DNA of 53,242 nt from positions 1-53,242 of the IMG/VR virus record IMGVR_UViG_3300032073_005389; one strand, 5' to 3'. Of the stretch, positions 27,381 through 36,639 are shown piece after piece. The notes under the pieces are model-generated. The model did not search any database. It saw only the letters and a list, made by a program, of their open reading frames with translations, and was not told where the DNA came from. The position numbers and the translations under genes are program-made. Each line of letters begins with the position of its first letter. The first letter of the stretch is position 1. This DNA comes from a virus (lineage: Duplodnaviria; Caudoviricetes).

Positions 27381-28147
27381 TACGCTTTGGCTTGAGACTC
27401 CTTCCAACTTTCAAAACTAAATTCATTAGAGCATAAATGATCAAACCTAGGATTTTCTAATGTGGTTCTGTTATTGATACATTTAAATGTTAGATAAGCT
27501 TTGAAGTCTTCTTTCTTTTCATAGTAAACCGACTTGACATCAAGGGTATTAAATTTATTATCTTTGCAGTAGTTTAAAACTTTTTTTCTTATTAAGAAAT
27601 CGAAAGGGATATCGTTATCTTCTAAGAAGAATACAGGTTTAGTGAAAGAAAAATCCGGAAAGCACAAAGAAAAAGTCAGAGTGTTATTAAAAAGAAATGA
27701 ATCATAAAAAGGTACGCAAAGCTGTAAGTCTTTATCAGACCAAAAAGATTTTATTTTATTTAGATCTGTTCTTGGCTGGTAGTAGAATCCCTTAGATGCT
27801 GCATCGCTAGATATCTTAATCAGTCTCTTGTATCCTTGCTCATTTCTTGCTAAGATAACATATTTAGATTCTTTAGACACGGACTCTTTATCCTTCACAG
27901 ATGAATCCTCACATACGCTCACTCTTAAACCAAAGACTAATTTTATGTTGTTGTTCTCGCAATTCTGAAAAGCCTCAAGGAAACCGTTCATACTGTCCTC
28001 GATTAGAAACACAGAGTCCATCTTGTTTCTCTTAGCTATCTCTATTATAGAGGATGGCTTTTTTGCGTTTGGCTCCTCGTTGTCTTCTAAGGTAAGTATT
28101 GACTTACCTATGCTATAGTGGGATTTAAATAAAGGTACAGACTGCAT
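27380..28147 (-). CDS. PHP domain of DNA polymerase III alpha as a separate ORF
   Basis: PLFKSHYSIGKSIL, IK.VFGLR, LARNEQGYKRLIKISS, GFYYQPRTD; likely start at ATG 28147. Confidence 0.85.
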   Translation of the reverse strand: MQSVPLFKSHYSIGKSILTLEDNEEPNAKKPSSIIEIAKRNKMDSVFLIEDSMNGFLEAFQNCENNNIKLVFGLRVSVCEDSSVKDKESVSKESKYVILARNEQGYKRLIKISSDAASKGFYYQPRTDLNKIKSFWSDKDLQLCVPFYDSFLFNNTLTFSLCFPDFSFTKPVFFLEDNDIPFDFLIRKKVLNYCKDNKFNTLDVKSVYYEKKEDFKAYLTFKCINNRTTLENPRFDHLCSNEFSFESWKESQAKA

Positions 28148-28159
28148 CTTCCTTTTTTT

Positions 28160-28188
28160 AGGATAACGCAAACTTTAAATAATGTCAA
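28160..28188 (-). promoter_or_regulatory. sigma70-type promoter for the polymerase cluster
   Basis: TTGACA-N17-TATCCT. Confidence 0.7.
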
Positions 28189-28189
28189 G

Positions 28190-29170
28190 TTAAAAATCTG
28201 AGAAGTCAAAAGCTTTAGATGAAGAAACAGATTTAGGGACATTAGACCAAGCTGGGCATCCTTCGTAGTCCTTCTTTGTTATCTCGTATTTTCCGTTCTT
28301 GTCGTCCAGATCTTCTTTAGAGAAGGCGCTTCTAATTATTTTGCCAGTTTCTTTATCTTCTAAGGCATAGAACTGAAAAGGCTTCCTAACTGGACAAATC
28401 CACTTTCCGGGTTTTTCACTACCACAAAGCCACCTATATTTTCTTCCTTCTTTAGCTAGATTTTCTTTAGCTTTGTTTTCGTCAAATACAGCTATTTGTT
28501 CAGCAAGGGACTCAAGGAATAATTCAAACCCTTCTAGTTCTTCTTTTGTTAGTTTTGGAGCTTCTTGCTCTGGAGAGTCAGGAAAACGGAGGAATAAGAA
28601 TTTAACACTAGGAATAACTCCATCTTTCTTAAGAGTAGCTAAAGAATACATTAAAGCTTGGTAATTAGCATTTATTTCTTCTTTATTGAATTTAGATTTG
28701 CTGCTCTTGTAGTCCCAGATATCTATTTTATTTTTATAAAAAGCTTTTTTATCAATGAAGCCGTTAATAACAAAGTTTGACCCTTCTATTTCAAAATGCT
28801 CTTCTGGTTTTAATTCTTTTGAGCCTTTGCAATAAAAGTTATAATTTAGCCCTACATAAATCATTTGGTAAATTAAAGAAAGGTTTTCTTCGTCATCTAC
28901 CCCTAATAGTTTTGCATGGCTGAGTACGTGCCTATGTACTGCCTTGCATTTGAATATTGATTCTGGACTCTTTTTAAGTCTATTAAAATACTTAGCTTTA
29001 TGCCTAGGGTTAAGTAGTAGCTCAAAAACTAAATGTACGATGGTGCCTCTGTAGGCACCGTCGTTGCCGGTATCCGGCGTTTTTAAATTGTATTTAGAAT
29101 AAAAAAGCCAACTACATGTATCTAAAGTCTTGATTTTACTGGCACTAAGCCGTACTTTGGGTTTGTTCAT
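28190..29170 (-). CDS. PD-(D/E)XK nuclease (RecB/Cas4-like exonuclease)
   Basis: LSASKI....C, GTIVH..FE, INGFIDK, IWDYKSSK, QALMY, C-terminal Cys residues. Confidence 0.85.
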   Translation of the reverse strand: MNKPKVRLSASKIKTLDTCSWLFYSKYNLKTPDTGNDGAYRGTIVHLVFELLLNPRHKAKYFNRLKKSPESIFKCKAVHRHVLSHAKLLGVDDEENLSLIYQMIYVGLNYNFYCKGSKELKPEEHFEIEGSNFVINGFIDKKAFYKNKIDIWDYKSSKSKFNKEEINANYQALMYSLATLKKDGVIPSVKFLFLRFPDSPEQEAPKLTKEELEGFELFLESLAEQIAVFDENKAKENLAKEGRKYRWLCGSEKPGKWICPVRKPFQFYALEDKETGKIIRSAFSKEDLDDKNGKYEITKKDYEGCPAWSNVPKSVSSSKAFDFSDF

Positions 29171-30119
29171 GAAAAAAGTTCCTTAAAAGGGTAGGTTCCT
29201 GCTGGTGCATTTCGTTAAAATCGTTATATCCTTTTGGTAGTTTTATTGTTATTTGATCGTAATCAAAAAAGTCTAACATTTTTTTTCTAGCTATGTAGGC
29301 TGCTTTGTTACCTGCTCCACTATTAGCGGAGTCATCATTAAAAGATATAAAAATTTTATCTGGATCAAGTCTAGTTAATACACTAAGCATGTCTGGTGAT
29401 ATAATTACACCAAAAGAGACTATTACATTTTTGATATTATTCTCCCATAAAGAAAGCATGTCTCCTATACTTTCTACAATTATAACAGATTTTTGTTTCC
29501 TTATTATTTGTAGATTGTTGAGAAGGGGATATCTCCATTTAGATTTGTTTCCTACGTGCTTCCATTTAGGCCTAAAGAATTTTGAATCTTCGTTATTGGT
29601 TGGGTTTAAGTCTCTACCGGAAAAACCAACTATCTTTTCTTGTTTGTTAAATATGGGAAAAACATATCTATTTGCCATTGTTGACTTCTTGCCATTTTCT
29701 GTTATTCCTCCCTTAAAGTGACAAAGAGTATCGTTGCTTATCCCTCTGCTATTCCAGTAAGAATGGTCTGGTATTAATTTACTTAATAATTCATTTTTAA
29801 AAATTTTAGTTTGTTTAAGTTGAGGAGCTCTAGATTCAAGATTTGACTCATTTGGGCTTACGCCTTTGTCTACAAGCCACTTTGTCGCTTCTCCGTGAGA
29901 TTTCAGCCTAAGAGTTATCCTTATTAAATCCTCAAAAGAACCACCTATATCTTCTCTGAAGTCTTTCCATCTACCATTAGACTTATCTATGCTTAATACA
30001 GTATGACTACTAGAGTCTCTATATAAAGGTTTAGTTCTGTAATATTTACCTTGGTCGCTTAAAGAATAACCAATGTCAGTAAGTATATCTCTTATTTGAT
30101 CTGGGTCAAAAGATGTCAT
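29145..30119 (-). CDS. dnaG: DNA primase (TOPRIM)
   Basis: RYVFPI....KIVGFSGR, PKWK, IIVESIGD, FNDD, NDFNE. Confidence 0.85.
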   Translation of the reverse strand: MTSFDPDQIRDILTDIGYSLSDQGKYYRTKPLYRDSSSHTVLSIDKSNGRWKDFREDIGGSFEDLIRITLRLKSHGEATKWLVDKGVSPNESNLESRAPQLKQTKIFKNELLSKLIPDHSYWNSRGISNDTLCHFKGGITENGKKSTMANRYVFPIFNKQEKIVGFSGRDLNPTNNEDSKFFRPKWKHVGNKSKWRYPLLNNLQIIRKQKSVIIVESIGDMLSLWENNIKNVIVSFGVIISPDMLSVLTRLDPDKIFISFNDDSANSGAGNKAAYIARKKMLDFFDYDQITIKLPKGYNDFNEMHQQEPTLLRNFFHEQTQSTA

Positions 30120-31579
30120 AATAAGTTATCTCTCTCGCTTTCTGAATCATTAAGAGTGGCTTGCATGGCTCTGTTTTCAGATATAGTCTGTAAGGTTCCG
30201 TGTTCAGAAACGCTAAAGTTTTCAATGTTATAATTTATAAAGTTAGGAACATATTTGTATCTATTTCCTTCTGCTACTCTGACTAAGTCTGTATGCCCTT
30301 GGGCTTCTCTACCTTGGAACCTTGTGGCTAGAGGTATTAATTTATGAGTGCCAAACTCCCTACCTTCTTCAGATATCTCTTCTGGACTTTTTCTTCTAAA
30401 GATGGCGACAAAAGAGGCAAACCATTGCAACCTATCAGATTGAGCAATAGCACTACTATCATCCACACCACTCTCGGCAGATCTATTTAACTGACAAGCG
30501 GTAAGTAGTGGTATGTCTAACTCAAGAGTTAGCTCTTTTAAGGTATTTACTTTTTCGCCTATGAGCTCGTATTCTTTTTTATTGTTATCTTTCTCTCCGG
30601 TAAGTTTGATGTAATCATAGACTACAACGCAGTTATTCCCTCTTCCTACATGCGTGTAATACCATCTCCTAACTATAGAGCAAATTTCTTGAATAGGTTT
30701 TCCCGCTACAGTCATGTGCATGACGTTACGTTTAGCTTGATAAAATCTATCTTTATTTTCTTCAAACTTTTTAACCATGTCTTCGTTCTTTCTCCATTGA
30801 CCAGTCTCTAAATACCAGACAGGTATTCCGGTAACTGCTGAAGCTATTCTGAATTGAACATCTACAGTTGACATTTCTGTATCAAGAATCAAAGCTGGGC
30901 ATTCGTTTATAACAGACATCTCCGTAGCTAGGTGAGATAAAATAGTAGACTTTCCGTGTTTAGGTCTACTCACCCAAGCATATATATTACCTTTTCTTAT
31001 GCCACCGAACATAGTGTTGAAATTATCATAAGGGGTTTTTAAACCCATTTCATCTTGAGGATCTAAGCCCCTTTCGTTTATGAGATCTTCTATACCGTCA
31101 AATAAAGCTTCTGGTTCATTAAGTTTAGAATACTCTTGTATTTTATTATTATATATTTGATCTGCTTCTGTTACTATAGAGTCAGCGTCTTTATGACCAT
31201 TAGTTTTTACAAAGTCTTTTAATTTAGTAGCTGTTTCGTCTATTTCTCTTCTTATCCTTATTTTGCATAGCTCTTTGCATGCTTCTATTAAAGCTTCTTT
31301 TGTTATTTGAGTGAAATATATATCCTCAATATAATTAAAAATATCTACTTCGCTTTTGAAGGATACTCCTAAGTTCTTAATTTGATGAGCTAAAAGCGTT
31401 TTATCTAACTTTTTACCAGAAGATAGAATATCTTTTATTGTAGAGTATATAACATAATGCTCTTTTGAGACGAAATCTGATGTAGTGACGAATTTATCTA
31501 CGTCAAAGAATACATCTGGGTACTTAAGTAAGCCGCCTAGAACGTGTCTTTCTATTTTGAGGGAGGATATATTGGGCAT
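30116..31579 (-). CDS. dnaB: Replicative DnaB-like helicase
   Basis: E.HVLGGLL, Walker A SRPKHGKS, DTEM, VVYDYI, CQLNR. Confidence 0.9.
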   Translation of the reverse strand: MPNISSLKIERHVLGGLLKYPDVFFDVDKFVTTSDFVSKEHYVIYSTIKDILSSGKKLDKTLLAHQIKNLGVSFKSEVDIFNYIEDIYFTQITKEALIEACKELCKIRIRREIDETATKLKDFVKTNGHKDADSIVTEADQIYNNKIQEYSKLNEPEALFDGIEDLINERGLDPQDEMGLKTPYDNFNTMFGGIRKGNIYAWVSRPKHGKSTILSHLATEMSVINECPALILDTEMSTVDVQFRIASAVTGIPVWYLETGQWRKNEDMVKKFEENKDRFYQAKRNVMHMTVAGKPIQEICSIVRRWYYTHVGRGNNCVVVYDYIKLTGEKDNNKKEYELIGEKVNTLKELTLELDIPLLTACQLNRSAESGVDDSSAIAQSDRLQWFASFVAIFRRKSPEEISEEGREFGTHKLIPLATRFQGREAQGHTDLVRVAEGNRYKYVPNFINYNIENFSVSEHGTLQTISENRAMQATLNDSESERDNLL

Positions 31580-31588
31580 CCTAAACCA

Positions 31589-31617
31589 AGCTTAACATAA
31601 ACATGAGTAAATATCAA
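31589..31617 (-). promoter_or_regulatory. sigma70-type promoter for dnaB
   Basis: TTGATA-N17-TAAGCT, ATG 9 nt downstream. Confidence 0.55.
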
Positions 31618-31907
31618 GAAGAAAAATCCGAATCTTCATCAGAATCAAGATCATCAAACCATCCTTCGCTATCGTCTTGGCTTTCTGGATTCATAGTATC
31701 CTTCATTTGCTCTAAGTTAGCGGCTTCCATTCCTTCAATCCAGTATTCTGCTGTTTTTTGTAAAGCTAATAAGTGCATTTCAGTGTCAAACTTAACATAA
31801 GACCTAGCTGTGCCTACCTCGTCAAAGGCAAAAAGAAGAAAACCTCCACTAGAACATTCGTTTAATTGAGATAAAATAGAGTTAGGTATGACGAAGTTCT
31901 TTTTCAT
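31614..31907 (-). CDS. Hypothetical protein with acidic tail
   Basis: ORF preceded by the TAGTGTAATT motif. Confidence 0.7.
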   Translation of the reverse strand: MKKNFVIPNSILSQLNECSSGGFLLFAFDEVGTARSYVKFDTEMHLLALQKTAEYWIEGMEAANLEQMKDTMNPESQDDSEGWFDDLDSDEDSDFSS

Positions 31908-31913
31908 ACTATG

Positions 31914-31923
31914 AATTACACTA
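31914..31923 (-). promoter_or_regulatory. TAGTGTAATT motif copy 3
   Basis: Exact 10-mer 6 nt upstream of ATG 31907; includes the TAG stop of the upstream gene. Confidence 0.55.
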
Positions 31924-32337
31924 TAAATCCACTTTAAATTTATTTTTAAAAAACTCTTCAGATAGAAGGTTTACTTCATCGTGGTTAATTTCTATTAAGT
32001 TATACTTGTTTTGCTCTAACCACTCTAATTTTTTAAAGTCTCTATTGATAGACTTTAGGTAATTTACCCTAGAATTTGCGTGAAAAAACTTGTTAAAGTT
32101 GCCGTGTTGAGCTCCATTAACCTCAACTGCGATCTTTTTTGTGGCATTAAGTATGTCTACCTTCATTCTACTGCCGTAAACAGGAAATTCTTCGTAGACA
32201 ATGCAAGATTTCCAGTATCTTTTTAAGAATTGTTTTACATCAAATTGAAGCTTTGACCTGCTTTTCCCGTCCCATTTTATTAAATATTTATTAACGCCTT
32301 TGTTTTCTAAGCGTCCATATATATTATAAAGCCTCAC
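31921..32337 (-). CDS. Vsr/DUF559-like endonuclease
   Basis: EEFP....KVD......IAVEVNGAQH..F..FFH, RD..K.EW. Confidence 0.75.
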   Translation of the reverse strand: MRLYNIYGRLENKGVNKYLIKWDGKSRSKLQFDVKQFLKRYWKSCIVYEEFPVYGSRMKVDILNATKKIAVEVNGAQHGNFNKFFHANSRVNYLKSINRDFKKLEWLEQNKYNLIEINHDEVNLLSEEFFKNKFKVDL

Positions 32338-32600
32338 GACATAACTTGGTTGACCTGAGACTCTAGTTTTTTGACATAAGAAATAAGATTTGAGTCAGAA
32401 GCGTGATTCCTTTTGAATCTTTTAAAGTCTCTTTTAATCTCTTGTTTTAGGCCGCGCACGACCATATCCCTGCTGTTTACGATACCTTGCTTGACGCTAC
32501 GGGTTCTCTTCAGCTTCTCCTTCTCTGCCTTTCTTTGCGCGTGTTTTGTTTTCATCTTCTCTTCTCGTTTGAATGCTTTTATAAGCTCTTCATAATCCAT
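32334..32600 (-). CDS. Basic hypothetical protein
   Basis: Likely start at ATG 32600 (MDYEELIK); the upstream extension runs into the structured non-coding element. Confidence 0.6.
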   Translation of the reverse strand: MDYEELIKAFKREEKMKTKHAQRKAEKEKLKRTRSVKQGIVNSRDMVVRGLKQEIKRDFKRFKRNHASDSNLISYVKKLESQVNQVMS

Positions 32601-32604
32601 ATAT

Positions 32605-32812
32605 AAAAAAAATGGTGGTTGGATTATTTGTTTACCAACACCTTTTCGGCTCCCTAGAAACAAAGTTTCATATCAACCTACTTCGGACTCACCCACGTTT
32701 TCCCTCTGCCACTTGGCCGTTGGTACTTCCGCAGATGCTACGTTACCCCCTTGGGAGGAATTGTTCCGTCACACCGCCTCACTCCGTCGAGAGAGGAAAT
32801 TCTTACTAACGT
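32605..32812 (-). ncRNA. Candidate structured non-coding RNA (about 200 nt)
   Basis: GC-rich island with several hairpins, own promoter, and a terminal hairpin plus U-run. Confidence 0.55.
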
Positions 32813-32818
32813 TTTATT

Positions 32819-32847
32819 ATATTAACATAAGCCTAACTCTATGTCAA
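32819..32847 (-). promoter_or_regulatory. sigma70-type promoter upstream of candidate ncRNA
   Basis: TTGACA-N17-TAATAT, overlapping the recA stop. Confidence 0.7.
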
Positions 32848-33977
32848 GCTAAAGTTTCCTTGAATTTATTATAAAAGTAATTAGTCGCTTCTGAGTTTTC
32901 TTCTAAGTAATTAAATAAACCATTCTTTCCTTGAAACTTCTCTGGTATATTTATCTTATTTGCTTCTAACTCTTTTACTACTTCTTCTGATACTTTAATC
33001 CAAGCTCCTGACTTTGTTACAAACTCATACTGAATTAAAAGATCAACAATTTCTAACTCTTTCCAAATACTAGTACCTCCTACTCTACCTCTTTTGATTG
33101 GGTAAGGAATCACAACATTAGTTTTTTCATTTGGAGATTTCTTAACTGTAACTTTAGACCATTGACCTAAAATTTTATTTGTAACTCTATCTGGTGCTTT
33201 TTTATCGTCTTCTAAAATATAATCCTTTTTATAGCGCGGTTCAAACTCTAAAATCCAATTAGCAAAGTGAAGCAGGGCATTGCCCCCTGTTGCTGAAGTT
33301 TGACGCACTGGAGCTTTAGAATAAGGGTCTAACTGTATGTCTGCTCTAACCTGACTAATAAAAATAGCCATATGGCCTCTCTTGGTTAGTGCGGTAGCTA
33401 CTTTCTTCATAAAGACAGAACTAATAGTAGCACCACCAGCAACCTTTGTTGCGTCGTCTAGAGCTTTTTCGCTGTCTCCTTTAGTTTGAAGACCGTCAAC
33501 AGAGTCGAGTATAAAAAGATACTTTTTTCCTTCTTCGTTAAATTGAATAAGCATCTTCATCATATCGAAGACAGATTCGTAGATGTTACTTTCGTAGATA
33601 AAACAAGTCCCGTCCTTCCAGCTCTCTGGCTCCCTTGTATCAACAAAAGGGACACCACACCTTTCCCTCATTTCTGGACTTAGTCTACCTTCGCATTTGA
33701 AATATACAGCTCTAGAATTGGGCATCTTCAAGAAATGCTTGGTGACTTCCAAAGCTTCTGATGTTTTACCTCCTTCATTTATTCCACAAAAACGATGAAG
33801 TCCCGGGCCTAGTCCTCCACCTGTCTCGATATCTAAAGTAAGAGACCCTGTAGAGACTTTGTATTCGACAGTTTCCTCGTAGTTGTAGTGGTCTTCTTTG
33901 TGTGTTTTTAGGAACGAAGATAATTGTTCCGCTGAAGTTACTATACCTTCTTTATTTACTTTCTTCTTTACTGCCAT
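32844..33977 (-). CDS. recA: RecA/UvsX-family recombinase
   Basis: STGSL.LD...GGG, G.NEGGKTS, ILDSV, IFISQVR, TGGNAL.HFA. Confidence 0.88.
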   Translation of the reverse strand: MAVKKKVNKEGIVTSAEQLSSFLKTHKEDHYNYEETVEYKVSTGSLTLDIETGGGLGPGLHRFCGINEGGKTSEALEVTKHFLKMPNSRAVYFKCEGRLSPEMRERCGVPFVDTREPESWKDGTCFIYESNIYESVFDMMKMLIQFNEEGKKYLFILDSVDGLQTKGDSEKALDDATKVAGGATISSVFMKKVATALTKRGHMAIFISQVRADIQLDPYSKAPVRQTSATGGNALLHFANWILEFEPRYKKDYILEDDKKAPDRVTNKILGQWSKVTVKKSPNEKTNVVIPYPIKRGRVGGTSIWKELEIVDLLIQYEFVTKSGAWIKVSEEVVKELEANKINIPEKFQGKNGLFNYLEENSEATNYFYNKFKETLA

Positions 33978-34314
33978 CTCTTAAAAATTCTAATAATGTT
34001 TTGGGTTTTCTTTTGTTTATTTTAGGGTCTTCCCCTATCTTCTCTTTATCTAGTATAGCATGTTCTTTTCTGAAGTCAAGCTTAGAAAGCTCTTTTTGTT
34101 TATTTAAATAATTTTTAAACTTTTTTGTACGAAACTGAGCTAAGCTCTCTATCTTAATACCGTCGAAAGAAAGATCTTTGAATATTTGTTCTCCATGATC
34201 TTTTATTAAAGATTTAGCAATTACTATTTCTTTTGGCCAGTTTACTTTTTCTGGCTCTTGACAAAACTTCCAGACAAGATACTGATAAATATTATTGATT
34301 TTCTTCTTCTTCAT
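33952..34314 (-). CDS. Hypothetical protein
   Basis: ORF overlapping both neighbours on the coding strand. Confidence 0.65.
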   Translation of the reverse strand: MKKKKINNIYQYLVWKFCQEPEKVNWPKEIVIAKSLIKDHGEQIFKDLSFDGIKIESLAQFRTKKFKNYLNKQKELSKLDFRKEHAILDKEKIGEDPKINKRKPKTLLEFLRDGSKEESK

Positions 34315-35011
34315 TAAGTATCTTTTTAGTTTCTTCCCAATTTTCTACTTGCCAAAATATATCAGCTTTTTGAGCTAAGGAATAGTCGTTTCCTCCTTTA
34401 TCACATTTATCACCGAAAAATATAATAGTGTCTTCTTTTAAGTGTTCGACTACTTGACCTTTGTTGTTTCCTAACGGTTGTATGTCTAAGGAGATCTGAC
34501 CTCCTATCAGAGCTTCTATTTTGTATTTATTTTTAAATTTTTTATTAAATTGATTAGCTAAGACTTCTCTTTCTTTATTGTCTGTATCCCATTTAGAATA
34601 ATACTGCCTTAGTTGGTTGTCGGCTCCGCGACCAACAATGCTAAAGTTAAGAGTGCCAAATCTGTATTCGAAATGAGGAGGTTTTCTATATTGGAAAGTC
34701 GAAGAGTTGACCTTAGAAGACAGCCAGTCTTCTATTTCATGTGGAAGCTCAAGTTCTTTTCGGTAAATATATTTTTCTCCATCCCAGTACTCATTACCCA
34801 TAGATGAAAAAACTCCTTTACATTTATTAAGTATGAAAACAGGGACTTGCTCTTTTATTTTTGGTAAATCGCTACCAGAAACTAAGTAAACGTTTTTATT
34901 ATCCATCCAAGAAGAAAAAAAGTCCGAAAACTCAGGACTCATTTCTTGTCGGGGGTCTGTTAGAGTACCGTCTACGTCAAATAAAAAACAAGGCTTTAAA
35001 CCATTATGCAT
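34292..35011 (-). CDS. HAD-IIB phosphomannomutase (eukaryotic PMM-like)
   Basis: LFDVDGTLT.PRQ, VSGSDL.K, E.R.G.LNFS.VGR, GGQIS.D, FFGDK...GGNDY. Confidence 0.88.
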   Translation of the reverse strand: MHNGLKPCFLFDVDGTLTDPRQEMSPEFSDFFSSWMDNKNVYLVSGSDLPKIKEQVPVFILNKCKGVFSSMGNEYWDGEKYIYRKELELPHEIEDWLSSKVNSSTFQYRKPPHFEYRFGTLNFSIVGRGADNQLRQYYSKWDTDNKEREVLANQFNKKFKNKYKIEALIGGQISLDIQPLGNNKGQVVEHLKEDTIIFFGDKCDKGGNDYSLAQKADIFWQVENWEETKKILNEEEENQ

Positions 35012-36038
35012 AACTATCTAAGTCGCATTGTACCATGTCCTCTATCATTTTGTCAAATGAAATTTCACGATTCCATCCGAGTTCTTTTTCAGCTAGAGAT
35101 GGATCACCATGAAGCAAATCAACTTCTGCTGGCCTAAACCATTCTTCGCTAATCTCCGCTAAGATAGTATTTTCTTGAAACAGTCTAAATTTTGCGTCCA
35201 AGCCTTCTCCGCTCCAAAGACCCGGTATACCTGCCGCTCCAAAAGCTTTAGTAACAAAGTCTTTAACAGAGTTGGTCTCTCCACTAGCCAAAACATAATC
35301 TTTAGGTTCATTTTGATTAAGCATGAGCCAAACGCCTCTCATAAAATCTCTACTATCGCTCCAATCACGTTTAGATTCTATATTGCCTAATTTAAGAGTT
35401 TCAAACTTTTCTTTATTTTTAGTTTTATGTTGTATTTCTGCTACTTTTTTAGTTATCTTCCTAGTGACAAATTCTGCTCCCCTTCTTGGGCCTTCGTGGT
35501 TGAATAATATCGAGTGAACAGCATAAAGATCATAAGACTCTCTGTAAACTTTAACTAGGTGCCTAGCTGCTGCCTTAGAGGCTCCATAAGGGCTCCTAGG
35601 TTTGACTGGGTGCTTTATATCCTGAGGACTATAATCAACATCACCAAACTCTTCAGACGAACCAGCGCTATAAAATCTACAGTCAGGTTTGTGTTTCCTA
35701 ATGGCCTCTAAGCATCTTATTACTCCAGACGCGTTAATATCGAAAACACTCAAAGGAGTATCCCAACTAACTCCTACGAAAGAATTAGCTCCAAAATTAA
35801 TAAAGTAGTCTGGTTGTATTTTAATAACCAAGTCATCAATACTAGCGGAATCAGTAAGATCTCCATCGACTAAAGAAAACCTGTCATGAGCAATAAAGGA
35901 TTTTATGTTTGATAAATTAGGAGTCCCAGATCGACGTTGCATTCCGTAAACTTTATTATCTGTATTATTTAGTAGATACTCAGCCATATTTGAGCCATCT
36001 TGTCCAAGGATACCTGTGATTAGAACTCTCTTACTCAT
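35004..36038 (-). CDS. gmd: GDP-mannose 4,6-dehydratase
   Basis: LITGILGQDGS, PRSPYGASK, ILFNHE.PRRG.EFVTRKIT, LGN...KRDW, RPAEVD.L.GD. Confidence 0.93.
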   Translation of the reverse strand: MSKRVLITGILGQDGSNMAEYLLNNTDNKVYGMQRRSGTPNLSNIKSFIAHDRFSLVDGDLTDSASIDDLVIKIQPDYFINFGANSFVGVSWDTPLSVFDINASGVIRCLEAIRKHKPDCRFYSAGSSEEFGDVDYSPQDIKHPVKPRSPYGASKAAARHLVKVYRESYDLYAVHSILFNHEGPRRGAEFVTRKITKKVAEIQHKTKNKEKFETLKLGNIESKRDWSDSRDFMRGVWLMLNQNEPKDYVLASGETNSVKDFVTKAFGAAGIPGLWSGEGLDAKFRLFQENTILAEISEEWFRPAEVDLLHGDPSLAEKELGWNREISFDKMIEDMVQCDLDSYA

Positions 36039-36047
36039 ATTTTTTAT

Positions 36048-36076
36048 ATTATATTAAGAACTGGAGCATAAGTCAA
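36048..36076 (-). promoter_or_regulatory. sigma70-type promoter for gmd
   Basis: TTGACT-N17-TATAAT, ATG 9 nt downstream. Confidence 0.8.
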
Positions 36077-36084
36077 GCATTTTA

Positions 36085-36639
36085 TTAATGCCAGTCAGAA
36101 AAATTTATAGACCTATTATTTATTTCTTTCATTATAGATTCTTTATTTTCTCCAGTTTTTTCATCATGAAATTCTACTACAAGTTGATTGACATAGCTTA
36201 GAGAATCATCTTCTATCATCTTATTCAAAACTTTATATTCAGCCCCTTCTATGTCCATCTTTATAATTATGTTGTCTTCTTTTTTAAAATTATTTAAAAT
36301 AAACTCAGAAAAATCAAAAGCTTCAACGTTGACTTTTTCTTCCTCTTTATGTACAGTCATGTTCCATTTAGACTTTTCTTTATTTAGCGTGCTTGCTCCT
36401 GTAAAAGCATTATCTTTTCCGTATTTATCTACTTTCACAACATAAAAGGGTAAAATGCAATTACTTACCCAGACAGCTTTTTCTTCTAACTTGCAGAAAG
36501 AATGTCTATCTTTATGAGCTTGGAATAAGTATGGATTAGCCTCGAATGCAAAGTATTCATATTTATCTCCTTTTTGATTGTATGTGTCTTCAGTAACGTC
36601 TCCTACGTTGTATCCACAGTCTATGAATATATTCCTCAT
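36085..36639 (-). CDS. FkbM-family SAM-dependent methyltransferase
   Basis: FIDCG.N.G, AFEANP, AVW, IKMDIEGAEY, VEFH. Confidence 0.88.
   Translation of the reverse strand: MRNIFIDCGYNVGDVTEDTYNQKGDKYEYFAFEANPYLFQAHKDRHSFCKLEEKAVWVSNCILPFYVVKVDKYGKDNAFTGASTLNKEKSKWNMTVHKEEEKVNVEAFDFSEFILNNFKKEDNIIIKMDIEGAEYKVLNKMIEDDSLSYVNQLVVEFHDEKTGENKESIMKEINNRSINFSDWH

Noticed and set aside
26156-28147. Group I intron or split intein joining the polymerase pieces
   Set aside because: The HNH ORF fills the gap with only 0-4 nt flanks, there are no P/Q/R/S intron elements, and no C/S...HN intein termini are visible
28190-29170. Cas4 or CRISPR system
   Set aside because: No repeat-spacer array or other cas genes are visible; a solo PD-(D/E)XK nuclease next to primase and helicase is typical of phage recombination
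32612-32809. 65-aa plus-strand ORF and the 21-codon N-terminal extension of 32334..32663
   Set aside because: Against the local gene direction or atypical in composition; better explained as by-products of a GC-rich structured element
32605-32812. tmRNA, RNase P or tRNA identity (3' end reads CCACCA)
   Set aside because: Too short for tmRNA, no TTC T-loop or matching acceptor 5' end, and no RNase P GAGGAAAGUCC core
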